In this document: piece after piece, positions 24,738 to 37,800 of the stretch
Position numbering within the stretch: the stretch's first letter is position 1
Layout of the letters: each line of letters starts with the position of its first letter
NCBI RefSeq assembly: GCF_006345805.1
Contig: NC_043022.1
Location: forward strand, 25,110,001-25,174,000
DNA from: Octopus sinensis
Lineage: Eukaryota
DNA: 64,000 nt
Direction of reading: 5' to 3'
The notes under the pieces: model-generated
Told to the model about the DNA's origin: nothing
Database searches by the model: none
What the model saw: only the letters and a program-made list of their open reading frames with translations
Position numbers and translations under genes: made by a program

Positions 24738-24953
24738 CTTTCTGCTATAGGCACAAGGCCTGAAATTTTGAGAGGGGGTGGGTTCTAATTGATTACATCA
24801 ACCCCAATACTTGATTGATACTTATTTTATCGACCCAGAAAGGATGATGGCAAAGTCTACCTCGGTGGAATTTGAACTCAGGACATAAAGACAAATGAAA
24901 TGCCACTCGGAATTTTGTCTGACAAGCTAATGATTCTGCCATCTTGCAGCCTT
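24737..24953 (-). mobile_element. SINE family B, diverged variant with a different tail, between (AAT)n tracts
   Basis: Reverse complement core ttatcgacccagaaaggatg...ggaatttgaactc. Confidence 0.7.
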
Positions 24954-25672
24954 AATAATAATAATAATAATAATAATAATGATAATAACTATAATGATGA
25001 TGATAATTTCCTCTCAAGCATAGCAAAAAGACCTTTTGTGGAAGTAAATTTTTGTTTCAGTCAGATGCTCTTCCTACCACTAACCATTCAACCATGAAAC
25101 AGGGAACGAAATCAGTTTTATGGTTTTACGTCAGTCAAACATACTGGAGCATGCAGAGTTATGTTCCTTGTTCAGGGCTGCAACGCAACTATGTCACCAA
25201 TGATAATGATGATAATAATAATAATGATAGTTGGACTTTTGACCACATATGGTCAGTAGTCCAGAACCTTAACATCACAGCTATTGTTTGAACTGTGATT
25301 TCTTTCATTTGATATGCTGAGAGGAGTGAGATTGGTTTTTATAGGACATAATTAATTAAAAAGAGTGTATCTTCAATTTTAATTTTCAAGCTTAGATGAA
25401 TTTAGAATGAAAAGAGAAATGTTATTTTGATTTAGGGCCAATAACGAAATGAATTGAAATGAATTGAAACAAATTCTATATTTTTTTAAATAAATAAATT
25501 AAATCAAATTGAAATTTTTTTTAAAGAATTTACAGAAAAGAATGTTGGTTTCAGACGCGGTTAAAAAAAAAAAAAAGCAACAACAACAAAAAAACACAAA
25601 AAACAACACGTAGGAAATGGAAGGACCAAAAGTGGCGGAAATATTCAATGTGTAGTTTTATTAAAGACTTAC

Positions 25673-25828
25673 GTGTGCAAGGTAGAGAACGGTCATCATC
25701 TTTGTGGCGATAGTATCGATTCTCACATGTACATTCTTCCGCGCCCTCACCGTTAGCATAGGAATACTTTGGACACTTGAGACAAAGTTCATTGGAAGCA
25801 TGCCATTTGTATGTTCCAACTGGACATT
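25673..25828 (-). CDS. Eph: Eph receptor tyrosine kinase, internal exon (Cys-rich/EGF-like region), 156 nt, phase 1-1
   Basis: Minus strand: ttttctag|AA TGT CCA...TGC ACA C|gtaagtc. Translates xCPVGTYKWHASNELCLKCPKYSYANGEGAEECTCENRYYRHKDDDRSLPCT, the CPxGxxK...CxxCP...CTC...YYR...CT pattern of Eph receptors. Not in the ORF track. Confidence 0.95.
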
Positions 25829-27638
25829 CTAGAAAATAGAAAAAAATACAAAGACATTATGTATTGAAAACTATTTAAAATATTTCATCTTCATCATCAT
25901 CATTATTATTATTATTACTATTATTATTATTATTACGACATTATTAGCAAAACCCTTTTGCTTTTAATCAAATTCCTTATGCAAATAGTTTGGCATGCAT
26001 CACTTAATAAAAATGAAATAGTCTGCTGGTTTTGTCTTTAGTAGGCTTTGCGTAACACCACCCTTTGCACATTTAACTGTTGGGGTCAGCTGCATTGGTC
26101 TAAGTCCGGTGAATATTATGCTGTGTGTAGTGTACCGAGAACTTGTGAATCATCCATTACAGGACAGCCATCATATGTGAGAATGTCTGTGTATGCATGT
26201 GTGTACAGATACATGTGGACATATGTGGGTATGCCTCAAAGTGAAAGTAAAAGTGAAAGTGTGAGGGTGTAGTTGTGAATTTACCCTCATCTAAGACGCA
26301 TGAAAGGCAACCAACCAGTGATTGTGGTGATGCTGCTGGTGCTGGTGATGAAAGGTCAGTGTGGAAGTGGGTTAACGGTGTTAGAGAGACTGCATCAGAT
26401 TTTGGAAGCATCATAAATTCAAACCCATATGATATAAGATTGCGTGGAGCGAAGCTTTAAAACTAACCAGATACACAAAGGGATGGTATGGCATGGTTAT
26501 TTAAGTATTGGGAAGGCAGTAAAAGAACAAGCCTAGATGTCTCATTATCCTGAGTTCAAATATGGGTGGTGGAGTGGTTAAATATTGTGCAGACAGTTAA
26601 AAGGACAGTGAAGTGGGGGTAGATAACTGCAGAACAGACAGTAAAGGCTTTAGAAGTCACATAAGCCTGAGTTTCAAATAAGGGTAGTGGTGAGGTGGTT
26701 AACCATTTCACAGGCAGTAAAATGGACAAGACTAGATAGCTCACTGTCCTCACTCCAAATAAGGGTGGAGTAGGTAAGCTACATATTACAGAGGCAGTTA
26801 AAGGAACAAGACTAGAAGCATCACTGTCTGGGTTCAAATCCTTTTAAAAAGTTAGGGGTTAATTTTTCTCTTTCATTTCCTTGCCATCGATAAATCAAGG
26901 GAACATTAATTAATGCGGTGGATGGATGAATGGTGGGGATAACTCTGCGTGTGAGGGTTAAATATTAACAAAGCTGTAACAGGGGTGGGAGCTGCTCTGC
27001 AGGAGCAGCAGCTAAGCTAGCACAAGGGGTGGAAGGAAAGGGCTTCGGGTTGCATGTGGCTATACTAGTGTGTGCCAATCACTTCTGACATTGTAAATAT
27101 AAAAGAAGAAGGATTTCTAGAATTCCAAACCAGGATTGCTTTGCCTTCATAGGAGAGCACCAGTGTAGTAGTATGTGTATGTATGTATGTATGTAATGCA
27201 TACTATATGTATGTGTGTTAGTGCAAGTATGTATAATAAAATCTATTTAACAGGATGTGTCAGGTGGATATGAAAAAAAGAAAGAAAAATTAAGACTGGG
27301 GTGGGGTAAGAGTGAGGTGGAGATGGGGAAGAAATACCTGTAGAATGAATGTTAAGAATGTTTAAGAATAACAAAGAAGAAAGCAGATTTGATAGAGGTG
27401 TGGGGATGGATGGACAGCCGGTGGTGGTGGAGGCTGGCTTTGAATGAGGAGGGGGAGGAGGTGGAGAAGAAGGAAGAATAATGTTGGGAGGTCAAAGACA
27501 ATGGAACAGTGAAGATATGCTGTTTAGATGGAGATATGAACAAGTGTACCTATGTCTGTATATATGTATATATATTGTACGACTGACTATGTGCATGCAT
27601 GTATAAGAGAAAGAGAGGGAGAGAGTCAGTGTGTAAGC

Positions 27639-27687
<49 letters not shown>

Positions 27688-27969
27688 TATACACATATAC
27701 ATATGCTTATATGCATACACTCATGTGCACTTACATACATATGAGTATACACATATGCTTATGTGCACGCATGCACACACACACAAAACACAAATATATT
27801 CGTTGAAGACTACGTCTTTGGATACAACAGTGATATATTTCATAGAAATATCTTTTAATTCCCCTTGACACCCCTCAAGGGTAAAAAAAACACGATTATT
27901 TTAGCAATCGCAATATAAAGAAAGCAGTTTGTCTATTCAAGTCCTGCATGAAAAATCATTCCAGCCTTG

Positions 27970-28112
27970 GCTATCCAAATCCACTAAATCCACTCACAAA
28001 GCTTTGGACAGCCCGGGGCCATAGTAGAAGACACTTGCCCAATGAGCCACACAGTGGTACTGAACCCGGAACCATGTGGTTGGTAAGCAAGCTACTTACC
28101 ACGCAGTCACTC
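27970..28112 (-). mobile_element. SINE family A, head fragment
   Basis: Reverse complement of head and core only. Confidence 0.75.
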
Positions 28113-29216
28113 CTACGCATATATAAATATATATTTATATATATATATATATATATATACATATACATGCACACACATACTTATATACAATCCTATCCAC
28201 ACACACAATCCCCTTCATACGCACACATGTACACCCACTCTTCAAACCTTGGGTTGACAAGTCTGAATAGTAAGAATGAAATTGTAGGTGGGAAGGAGGC
28301 TAGTACTTGTACCCACTCCCACCCCACCGATTTTGTCATGATGATGATGATGATAGCTCTTGAAGATGTATGCTGATGTCAGCCAACGCTTGGCGACATA
28401 CGAGCAACATACATACATACATACATTATTCATACATACATATGTACAGACATATATGTATTTATAAATACATACGTATATGTACGCACACACACACGCA
28501 CACACACACGCACATTCGTTTTTAATGAGGGTATTTTTTGATGCTTTGGGTGTAGATTATGCTTTCAAAAACTCGTGACATGAGAGGAGTTTTCACTAAA
28601 TGCTTCAAACAGTTCTTATGTTCTGGGACTGAAGATCCCTTTTACTGGAGACCAACTGTTTAACCCTAAGGCATGCCAAATTTCAGCAACATCTTAAAAC
28701 CATTTATATCTGTAGAACGTCTGTTGAAGTCTTTCTCGGGGGGGGGGGTTTGCTTGTGTTTTTCATTGTTTTTTAATTATTATTATTTTTTTTTTTTTTG
28801 GTAATTCTTAATTCGTTGTTCTGAATTGAAGAGACAGTGTCCAACCTGCACCGTCCCCGTCCCCCCACTCCCAGAGTGTTTCAGGCCATCACAGAAGGCG
28901 GTGGTAGGGGTGGGGGAAGATATAAGGGAAGTTAGTGCAATTATGTTTAATATGAACTGTTGCAGTTTTGTGGGTGACTGGAGACGGTGGTGGTGGTGGG
29001 GGGGGTATAGTGAGAAATGATTTAGATGAGAAAGGGGACATCTATCTATCTATCTATCTATCTACACACACACACATATATAGAAAGAGAGAGAGAGAGA
29101 AAGAGACAGGGGTTAGTGAATATGAAACTGAGTAGAGAGAAGTGAGAGAGAGAGATAATGGAAGTTACGAGAGAAAGAAAGTGGATGGGGGAGTAGTGAT
29201 TGAGTGGGTGGAATGA

Positions 29217-29264
<48 letters not shown>

Positions 29265-30464
29265 AGAGACTGAAACAAGAGTGCTTGTACATGGGAGTAT
29301 GTGTGTGTCTGTGTCCATGAGAAAGAGTACGAGAAAGAAAAGTGTATGGAAAAGAGAGAGAGAGGAAGAGAGAAAGAGAAAGAGGAAGAGAGAGAGAAAG
29401 AGAGAGAGAGAGAGAAACTGAAACAAGAATGCTTGTGCATGGGAGTATGTGTGTGTCCGTGTGTCCATGAGAAAGAGTAAGAGAAAGAAAGTGTATGGAA
29501 ATGAAGAAGCGTATGAAATGACAGCAGTGTTGTGGTGATGATGACGATGATGATGACGACAAGAAGCCAGCAGTGATGAAGGTGGTGGTGGTGGTTGGAG
29601 GAGGAAATTAGGAATGGCACCAAAACAAATAAAACTGAACGGAATGGAATGGAATGGAAAAAGGAATGGAGGAAATGTTGAAGAAATAACAGAATGACAG
29701 AATGAAAGAATGGCAAACACAGCGAGGCAAAAGGGAAGATCACGTAAAAGAAATATTTGAACAAACTCCTTGTGTCAACCGAGAAAGGAGGAGCGGGCAG
29801 AGGTAGGATGCAAAAGAGGTGGAAGGGATTGCGCAGAGGAGGGCACATGGAATATTTGCTGGGTGACAAAGGGTGGAACTGTGGGTTTATTATTGTTGGT
29901 TGTATAAAGTATTTATGGTTGGTGGTGTTGGTGTTGGTGGCGGTGGTGGTTGTGGTGGTGTTAGCCCTAGGTCAACTGTGATCAAGCAAACCTATGATGT
30001 AAAAGCAAAGCAGAACTAAAAAGGAAAACAATTGGTGGTGGTGTCTGTGGAGAAAAGGACAGTAAATATTTGGTGAGTGTCATGGATGGACACAGGAGTT
30101 TGTTATTAGCATTATCTTCTATCTTTTTTTATCGTTCACTTGTTTCAGTCATTAGACTGCGGCCATGCTGGGGCACCTCCTTGAAGAGTGTTTTTTTAGT
30201 AAAATTAATCAGCATTATGACTTATTTTTTTGAACTTGGTACTTATTCTATCAGTCTCTTTTTGCCGAACCACTAAGTTAAAGGAACGTGAACACATTAG
30301 CACTTGTTGTCAGGAAGTGGTGGGGAAGAAGCACAGACACAAAGACACACACAGATGGATATATATCATCATCATCATCATCATCATTTAGCGTCCGCTT
30401 TCCATGCTAGCATGGGTTGGACGGTTCAACTGGGGTCTGTGAAGCCAGAAGGCTGCATCAGGCA

Positions 30465-30617
30465 GTATATGGGGATCGGACAATAAACATAAGCCACTGG
30501 CAATGGTGGTTCCAAGAATTCCAAGCCAGAAACTACAGCCTAGAAGACAAGCCTTGTACTGGAAGATCTGCAGAGCTTGATGAGGACATCCTACAAATGG
30601 TGGTGGAACAAAATCCC
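30465..30617 (+). mobile_element. Mariner transposase HTH fragment
   Basis: VYGDRTINISHWQWWFQEFQARNYSLEDKPCTGRSAELDEDILQMVVEQNP matches the mariner pattern VYG...WF..F..G..SLED..R.GRP...D.D.L...VE.NP. Confidence 0.8.
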
Positions 30618-30635
30618 ATATATATATATATATAT

Positions 30636-30920
30636 GCCAGCACCGCCTCGACTGGCTTCCGTGCCGGTGGCACATAAAATACACCAATCTGACCGTGGCC
30701 GTTGCCAGCCCCGCCTGGCACCTGTGCAGGTGGCACGTAAAAAGCACCCACTACACTCACGGAGTGGTTGGCGTTAGGAAGGGCATCCAGCTGTAGAAAC
30801 ATTGCCAAATTAGACTGGACCTGGTGCAGCCTTCTGGCTTCCCAGAACCCCGGTCGAACCGTCCAACCCATGCTAGCATAGGAAACGGACGTTAAACGAC
30901 GATGATGATGATGATGATGA
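30636..30920 (+). mobile_element. SINE-like family C, 3' part with (GAT)n tail
   Basis: ggttggcgttaggaagggcatccagctgtagaaac...aacccatgctagcat...gttaaacgacgatgatg. Confidence 0.8.
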
Positions 30921-31320
30921 TGTGGCTGTGTGGTTAGCAGCTTGTTTACCAACCACATGGTTCCGGGTTCAGTCCCACTGCATGGCACCTTGGGAAAGTG
31001 TCTGCTACTATAGCCTCAGGCCGACCAAAGCCTTGTGAGTGGATTTGGTAGACAGAAACTGAAAGAAGCCCGTCATATATATGTATATATATGTATGTGT
31101 GTGTGTATGTTTGTGTGTCTGTGTTTGTTCCCCTAGCATTGCTTGACAGCTGATGCTGGTGTGTTTATGTCCCCGTCACTTAGTGGCTTGGCAAAAGAGA
31201 CCGATAGAATAAGTACTAGGCTTACAAAGAATAAGTCCCGGGGTCGATTTGCTCCATTAAAGGTGGTGCTCCAGCATGGCTGCAGTCAAATGACTGAAAC
31301 AAGTAAAAGAGTAAAAGAGT
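30921..31320 (+). mobile_element. SINE family A, near full-length, directly after the (GAT)n tail of a family C copy
   Basis: Starts tgtggctgtgtgg; core, central microsatellite and tail present. Confidence 0.85.
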
Positions 31321-31348
31321 ATATACACATATATATATACACACACAT

Positions 31349-31379
<31 letters not shown>

Positions 31380-31859
31380 TGGTTTATTTATTTTATTGGG
31401 AAGTGATAGAGTTTGGTGTTTGTTTTGGTGAGCTGAAGAATGTAGGGGAGGGAAAGGGGACAGGTAGTAGCAGAAGTAGAAGAAGAACTCTCACAATGTT
31501 GACCCTAAATAAACACAGTGAATGGGTTTGCTTGCTTTTGTTTAACAAAGCATTCCTCACAACCACCACCACCACCACCACCCTCTTCCTCCTACACCTC
31601 TCTCTCTCTCTCTGTTGTGTACACCAGGAAAAGATGACTGAAGGTCCAAAGTTATGGCAGACACACACTAAACAAAGGCATTCAACAACAAACAACAACA
31701 ACACAGAGGAACCCTCAATGTTGTCATTGATCCACTAGAAATAGCAACAATTCTATTTCCAAATCATAGCTGACTGAAATGACACAAGAGATAATATAGT
31801 CCCTGATGTATGTATGTGTATGTATGTATATGTATGTATGTATGTATATATATATATAT

Positions 31860-32060
31860 CAAAATGTGACTGCGTGTGTACCGTTGGCGATTTTTTTCCT
31901 CTGTCTTCCCTTCTCTGGATCTTTCCTTCTCCTATGTTTCCGACGATGAGCTCCGCTCAAAACGTTAAACCCTCCTTTTTCCTTCTTTCCTGAGCGTCCA
32001 ATAATACTATATTTGTTCCACGTCCTCGCGTTGTGTTTTTTTGTGCTTTCTTGTTTGGAT

Positions 32061-32064
<4 letters not shown>
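31860..32064 (+). mobile_element. Penelope-like terminal fragment with a degenerate minimal hammerhead-like motif
   Basis: Flanked by (TA)n on both sides. 31936-31970 reads GTTT-CCGACGA-T-GAGC tcc GCTC-AAAA-CGT-T-AAAC, the minimal hammerhead layout with two core substitutions. Confidence 0.45.
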
Positions 32065-32113
<49 letters not shown>

Positions 32114-32114
32114 G

Positions 32115-32345
32115 TTTCTTTATTACCCACAAGGGCTTAAACATAGAGAGGACAAACAAGGACAGACAAACGGATTAAGTCAATTATATCGACCCCAGTG
32201 CATAACTGGTACTTAATTTATTGACCCCGAAAGGATGAAAGGTAAAGTCAACCTAGACGGAATTTGAACTCAGAATGTAACGGCAGACGAAATACGGCTA
32301 CGCATTTTGCCCAGCGTGCTAACGTTTCTGCCAGCTCACCGCCTT
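32115..32345 (-). mobile_element. SINE family B, full-length
   Basis: Reverse complement of the 3322 copy architecture. Confidence 0.85.
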
Positions 32346-32546
32346 TATATGCATATATACATACATACATACATACATACACACACATACAGAATCATAT
32401 ATTTGAAAAAATTAATAGAAATGGCTTTTCTGAATGGTCAGTAAACAACTAATTATCAAAGTGGGAAAATTGACCGCAAAGCCATTTCTATTCATTCCTT
32501 CCAAGATATAATACTGTACCAAGGACTTTCTATTTCTTATGTATGT

Positions 32547-32592
<46 letters not shown>

Positions 32593-32597
32593 CTGTA

Positions 32598-33003
32598 TAG
32601 GTGCAGGAGTGGCTGTGTGGTAAGAATCTTGCTTCCCAACCACATGGTTCCAGGTTCAGTCCCACTCTGCGGCACCTTGGGCAAGTGTCTTCTACTATAG
32701 CCCTAAGCTGACCAAAGCCTTGTGAGTGGATTTGGTAGGCAGAAACTGAAAGATGCCTATCATGTATGTATCTAAGGTGTGTGCTTCTGTGTTTGTATTA
32801 TTCCCTCACTACAACTTGACAACCGGTGCTGGTTTGTTTATGTCCCCATAACTTAGCAGTTCGGCAAAAGAGACCGATAGAATAATTACCGGACATTTTT
32901 ATTTTAAAAAATTTAAAGGTATTGGAGTCAATTTGTTTGACTAAAACCTTGAAGGTGGTGTGCCCCAGCATGGCTATATTCTAATGGCTGACATAAGTAA
33001 AAT
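32598..33003 (+). mobile_element. SINE family A, full-length, diverged tail
   Basis: Head taggtgcaggagtggctgtgtgg; core and tail recognisable. Confidence 0.8.
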
Positions 33004-33460
33004 GGAAATGAAGGCCTTTGATCCTAGCAGATCTGCATGCTCAATAAGGATTGACGCAGGACAGAAGCAATAAAAAAAAGAAGAAAAAAAAACACCAAAG
33101 AAAGAATAACAAAAACGGTAGAGGGTTGGTCTGTAGGGGTGAAGAACAAACCATAGATAAGAGTGGGAGAGAGGGAGGGAGGGATTGGTAGAGGATAGTG
33201 ATCAGAAAGTCAAAAACCAGGAGACCTTGGGGTGAGGGGAGAGAACTGAAAAGGTCAAATAGGGTTACAAGGAATACATGTAAGGTGGTGGTGGTGGTGC
33301 TAATTCTGACAATGATATTAACTGTGACAAGAGCACATGTTGCAAAGGTGCAGTCATGCCTGGTGTCAGTAACAAGTTCATTTTGTAAACCAAATGGTTT
33401 CAGGTTCAGTCTTACTTCATGGCAGCTTGGGAATCAACCAAAGTGCCTTGAGTATCAATG

Positions 33461-34052
33461 TCATCATCATCATCGTTTAACGTCCGCTTTCCATGCTAGC
33501 ATGGGTTGGACGGTTTGACTGAGGGCTGGCGCAACCAGATGGCTGCACCAGGCTTCAATCTAGATCTGGCAGAGTTTATACAGCTGGATGCCCTTCCTAA
33601 CGCCAACCACCCCGAGAATGTTGTGGGTGCTTTTATGTGCCACCAGCACGGGGGCCAGTCAGACGGTACTGGCAATGACCTCAGTCTCTACAGCTGGATG
33701 CCTTTCCTAATGCCAACCACTCCGGGAGTGTAGTGGGTGCTTTTACGTGCCACCAGCACGGGGGGGGGGGGCAGTCAGGCAGTACTGGCAATGACCTCAG
33801 TTTCTACAGCTGGATGCCTTTCCTAATGCCAACCACTCCGGGAGTGTAGTGGGTGCTTTTACGTGCCACCGGCACGGAGGCCAGTCAGGCGGTACTGGCA
33901 ACGACCTCGCTCGAATCTTTTTACACATGCCAACAGCAAAGGTGCCAGTAAGGTGACACTGGTAATGATCCCGCCCGAATGGTGCCTCTTACATGCCACC
34001 GGCACGGAAGCCAGTTAGCCGCTCTGGCAACGTTCACGCTTGGATGGTGCTC
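33461..34052 (-). mobile_element. SINE-like family C with a triplicated internal segment (110-116 bp)
   Basis: cagctggatgcc at 33581, 33691 and 33807. Confidence 0.8.
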
Positions 34053-34568
34053 ATGAGGAATCCCATCACAGACTCTCATGTGTGTGTGTGAATGTATGTA
34101 TATAGGTGCAGTCATGCCTGTGTGGCTAAGAAGTTCATTTTGCAACCGTATGGTTTTTAAGTTCAATCCTACTCCATGGTACTTTGAGCAAGTATCCTCA
34201 ACTATGTCTCTGGGTTAACCAAAATTCTTTGTGAGTGAATAACAGACGGAAATGCACCTGTGTATAAATGTATAAAAATGTGTTTGAATTTGACAATCGG
34301 TATTGGTTTGTTTATGTCCCTGCAATTTGACTGGCAATTTTTTTTTAAAGAAACATGTTAAAGTAATGGGGGCGATTCGTTCAAAATCTGAGGAAACCTA
34401 TGACCAAAATACATGCCAGTCATGGCCATCCCATCAGCTGTTGTCATTCAGATGCAGTGTATAGAGTCACATTATCTAATGATCTTTTACCTCAATATAT
34501 CAATATATGAATGTGTTATCATTATACACACACACTTGGATGTGTGTGTGTATATATGTATATGTATG

Positions 34569-34667
<99 letters not shown>

Positions 34668-35321
34668 GTGTGTGTTCATGGATGAACAAGGGTAAATAAA
34701 TGAGTTTAATAACTTAATTAATTTGCATGCAGGTAAATGAATGTCTGTCACTGCACATGTTCAACATTGAAGCAGGTGTGTGTGTGCACTTCCAGGTATA
34801 CATGCATGTGCATGCAACAGATCTAAATTGAAGCAAAAGAAAAATAAATAAATAAATAAATGATGACCCTCATATCCCACCCCATACACGCAAAGAAGCT
34901 TACGCGATAAGTGATGTTATCCACCTGTTCAATTTTCCTCCTTTAATTTTTTACACGTTCAGCCAACACACTTTCCTTCTACTCACCTTTACATTTATCA
35001 CATTCACGAACACATGCATACAAACACATACACACACACAAACGAAATTATAAGCTTAAGGAAACTACAATGAAACAAAGAACACACACACACACACAAC
35101 ACACAAAAGAGCCCCCTTCACCACCGACTCTTACTGCTTTCCTAGCAAATCTATTGCACTTGCCAATTGATCTCAACTCCTTAAAGGTATACTCCTCATG
35201 TTAAGTGGTAAGAAAAACAAAAACTTCAACACAAACACCATTAAGATTAGCCAACCCTTCCACCTCAACAACCTGCTGCATTTACTTGATTTTTCTTTAC
35301 TTTTACTTCTGTGTGTGAGTG

Positions 35322-35360
<39 letters not shown>

Positions 35361-35643
35361 TAATGATGTATTCCTGTTTTATTTCTTCTTTGATTTTTTT
35401 CTCCCCTTTTTCTAAGCCGATTACAGCAAAATCAATGATGTTAAATTTATCATTCTTAATTTGCCACGAGCATAGCAGGAATAAAAATTAAAAGACATAA
35501 AAAGGGGGAAAAAATGGAGAAAAGGAGAAAATGGGGAAAATCATAGAATCATAGGGTTCGTAAAATGTTGATAACCAAACTGTAACTGAAACACACATAA
35601 TTATATATGTGTGTGTTTATGTGCGTGCACGTACAACACACAG

Positions 35644-35674
<31 letters not shown>

Positions 35675-36189
35675 GAATCAGGGAGAGGAAGAATCAGCTG
35701 ATTCTTCTTGAAATCACACCTTTCCATCCATAAAAAAAGGGGAGATATTTGATAATGTATTCTGTGGCGGAAAGAAATGAAAAAGAAAAGTCAACGCGAG
35801 AAAGATTGAAGATTCGAGGTTAAGCAACAACAACGACGATGATGGTGATGATGATGATGATGATGAATGCTTGTTGAATGTGTGTTTCGTCCAGGATGGA
35901 ACGAGATCGAAACCCAGCAAGGTCAGTGCTGTTCAAAATGAATTAGAAACAAAGATTACAAAGCAACAGGGAACAATGGGGGTCAGGTATTTTTGCAGCT
36001 TTGTTGCAGAGAATAAACACAGTTTGACAAGGATTTAACACCACCGCGACCACCACCATCACCTCCGCCGGCAATATCCACAAGTGGAGGAATATTTCCA
36101 GTAGAGGCAGTTTACATAAATATAGCAGGTGTGTGTGTGTGTGAGTGTCTGAAGGAGAGATAAAGAGAGACGGACAGAACGTGAGAGAC

Positions 36190-36665
36190 AGAGAGAAAGA
36201 GGGATAGATAGAAAATGAGAAACGTATAGAGAGAGAGCCACAGAGAGAGAGAGAGAGAGAGAAAGAGAGGAGGTGATGGAGAGTAAGAGACAGATAGAAA
36301 GAAAGGTGAGAGGAGAGAGAGGAAGAGGGATAGATAGAAAATGAGAAGCGGACAGAGAGAGAGAGAGAGAGCCACAGAGAGAGAAGGTGATGGAGAGTAA
36401 GAGACAGATAGAGAGAAAGGCGAGAGGAGAGAGAGGAAGAGGGATAGATAGAAAATGAGAAGCGGACAGAGAGAGAGAGAGAGAGAGCCACAGAGAGAGA
36501 AGGTGATGGAGAGTAAGAGACAGATAGAGAGAAAGGCGAGAGGAGAGAGAGGAAGAGGGATAGATAGAAAATGAGAAGCGGACAGAGAGAGAGAGAGAGA
36601 AAGAGAGAAGGTGATGGAGAGTAAGAGACAGAGAGAGAGAAAGGGGAGAGGAGGGAGAGAAGGGG
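36190..36665. repeat. GA-rich minisatellite, 4 units of 114-126 bp
   Basis: gggatagatagaaaatgagaa at 36201, 36327, 36441 and 36557. Confidence 0.85.
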
Positions 36666-37169
36666 ACAGACAGACAGACAGACAGACAGCGTACGGGTAT
36701 TTCCATATTAGAGTAAACATTGATAACTGAACAAGTTTGTTTTCAATTTAGAACGTAATTTTTGGTTTGATGTCAATGAGGGGGGGGGAAACGGAGAAAG
36801 AGAGAGAGTGGAGAGTTGTGAGAATGAGATCAAAGGTGTAGAGAGAGGGAGAGAGGGAGAGAGGGGGGCAAAAAGGGCGCAGATGGTGGTGGCGGTGAAA
36901 GTGAAAGTGAAGTTGGATGAGAGAAGGAAAGAGACGATGCTTGAAGTGGTTGGTTGCTCAGCAGCCGAGCTAGATATGATACAACCCAAGCATGACCCCC
37001 ACCCCAGCTTCTCTCTGTTTCTCTGTTAAGTAACTAAAATGCATCAACGTTTCATGATTGACTATTGTTTCAGTATAAGAAGATCAGAGAGAGAGAGAGA
37101 GGAAAAGAGAAAGGAAGAGAGAAAGGAAGAGAATGAGATAGAGAGAGATGGAGTGAGTGAGGTAGAGAG

Positions 37170-37800
37170 AAAATAGAGTGGGTAAGAGAGATGGGGAAAG
37201 AGAGGGAGAGACAGAGGGTGGGGAAGAGAAACTGGGGAGAGGAGAGAAAGGAGGAAAGAAAGGAGAGAGACGAGGAGAGAGAATGAGAGAGAGTGAGAAA
37301 GATGGTGTAAGAAAGATGGGGAAGAGAGAGGGAGAGACAGAGGAGTTAAGAGAAACTGGAGAGAGGAGAGAAAGAGGATAGAGACGAGGAGCGAGGATAA
37401 GAGAGAGAGCGAGAAAGATGGTGTAAGAGACATGGGGAAAGAGAGGAAGAGACAGAGGGAGAAAGAGAAACTGGGGAAAGGAGAGAAAGGATAGAGACGA
37501 GGAGAGAGAATGAGAGAGAGTGAGAAAGATGGTGTAAGAAAGATGGGGAAGAGAGAGGGAGAGACAGAGGAGTTAAGAGAAACTGGGGAGAGGAAAGAAA
37601 GAAGGAAAGAAAGGATAGAGACGAGGAGAGAGAATGAGAGAGAGCGAGAAAGATGGTGTAAGAGAGATGGGGAAAGAGAGGGAGAGACAGAGGGGGGGAG
37701 AGAAACTGGGGAGAGGAGAGAAAGAAGGAAAGAAAGGATAGAGACGAGGAGCGAGAATAAGAGAGAGAGAAAGATGGTTTAAGAGAGATGGTGAGGAGGA
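37170..37800. repeat. GA-rich minisatellite, at least 5 units of 111-124 bp with alternating variants
   Basis: gatggtgt/gatggttt anchor at 37301, 37417, 37528, 37652 and 37773. Confidence 0.85.

Noticed and set aside
26980-27110. CCAAT plus TATAAAA promoter-like arrangement and a 7-bp hairpin
   Set aside because: Common short motifs in AT-rich DNA; no downstream gene on that strand.
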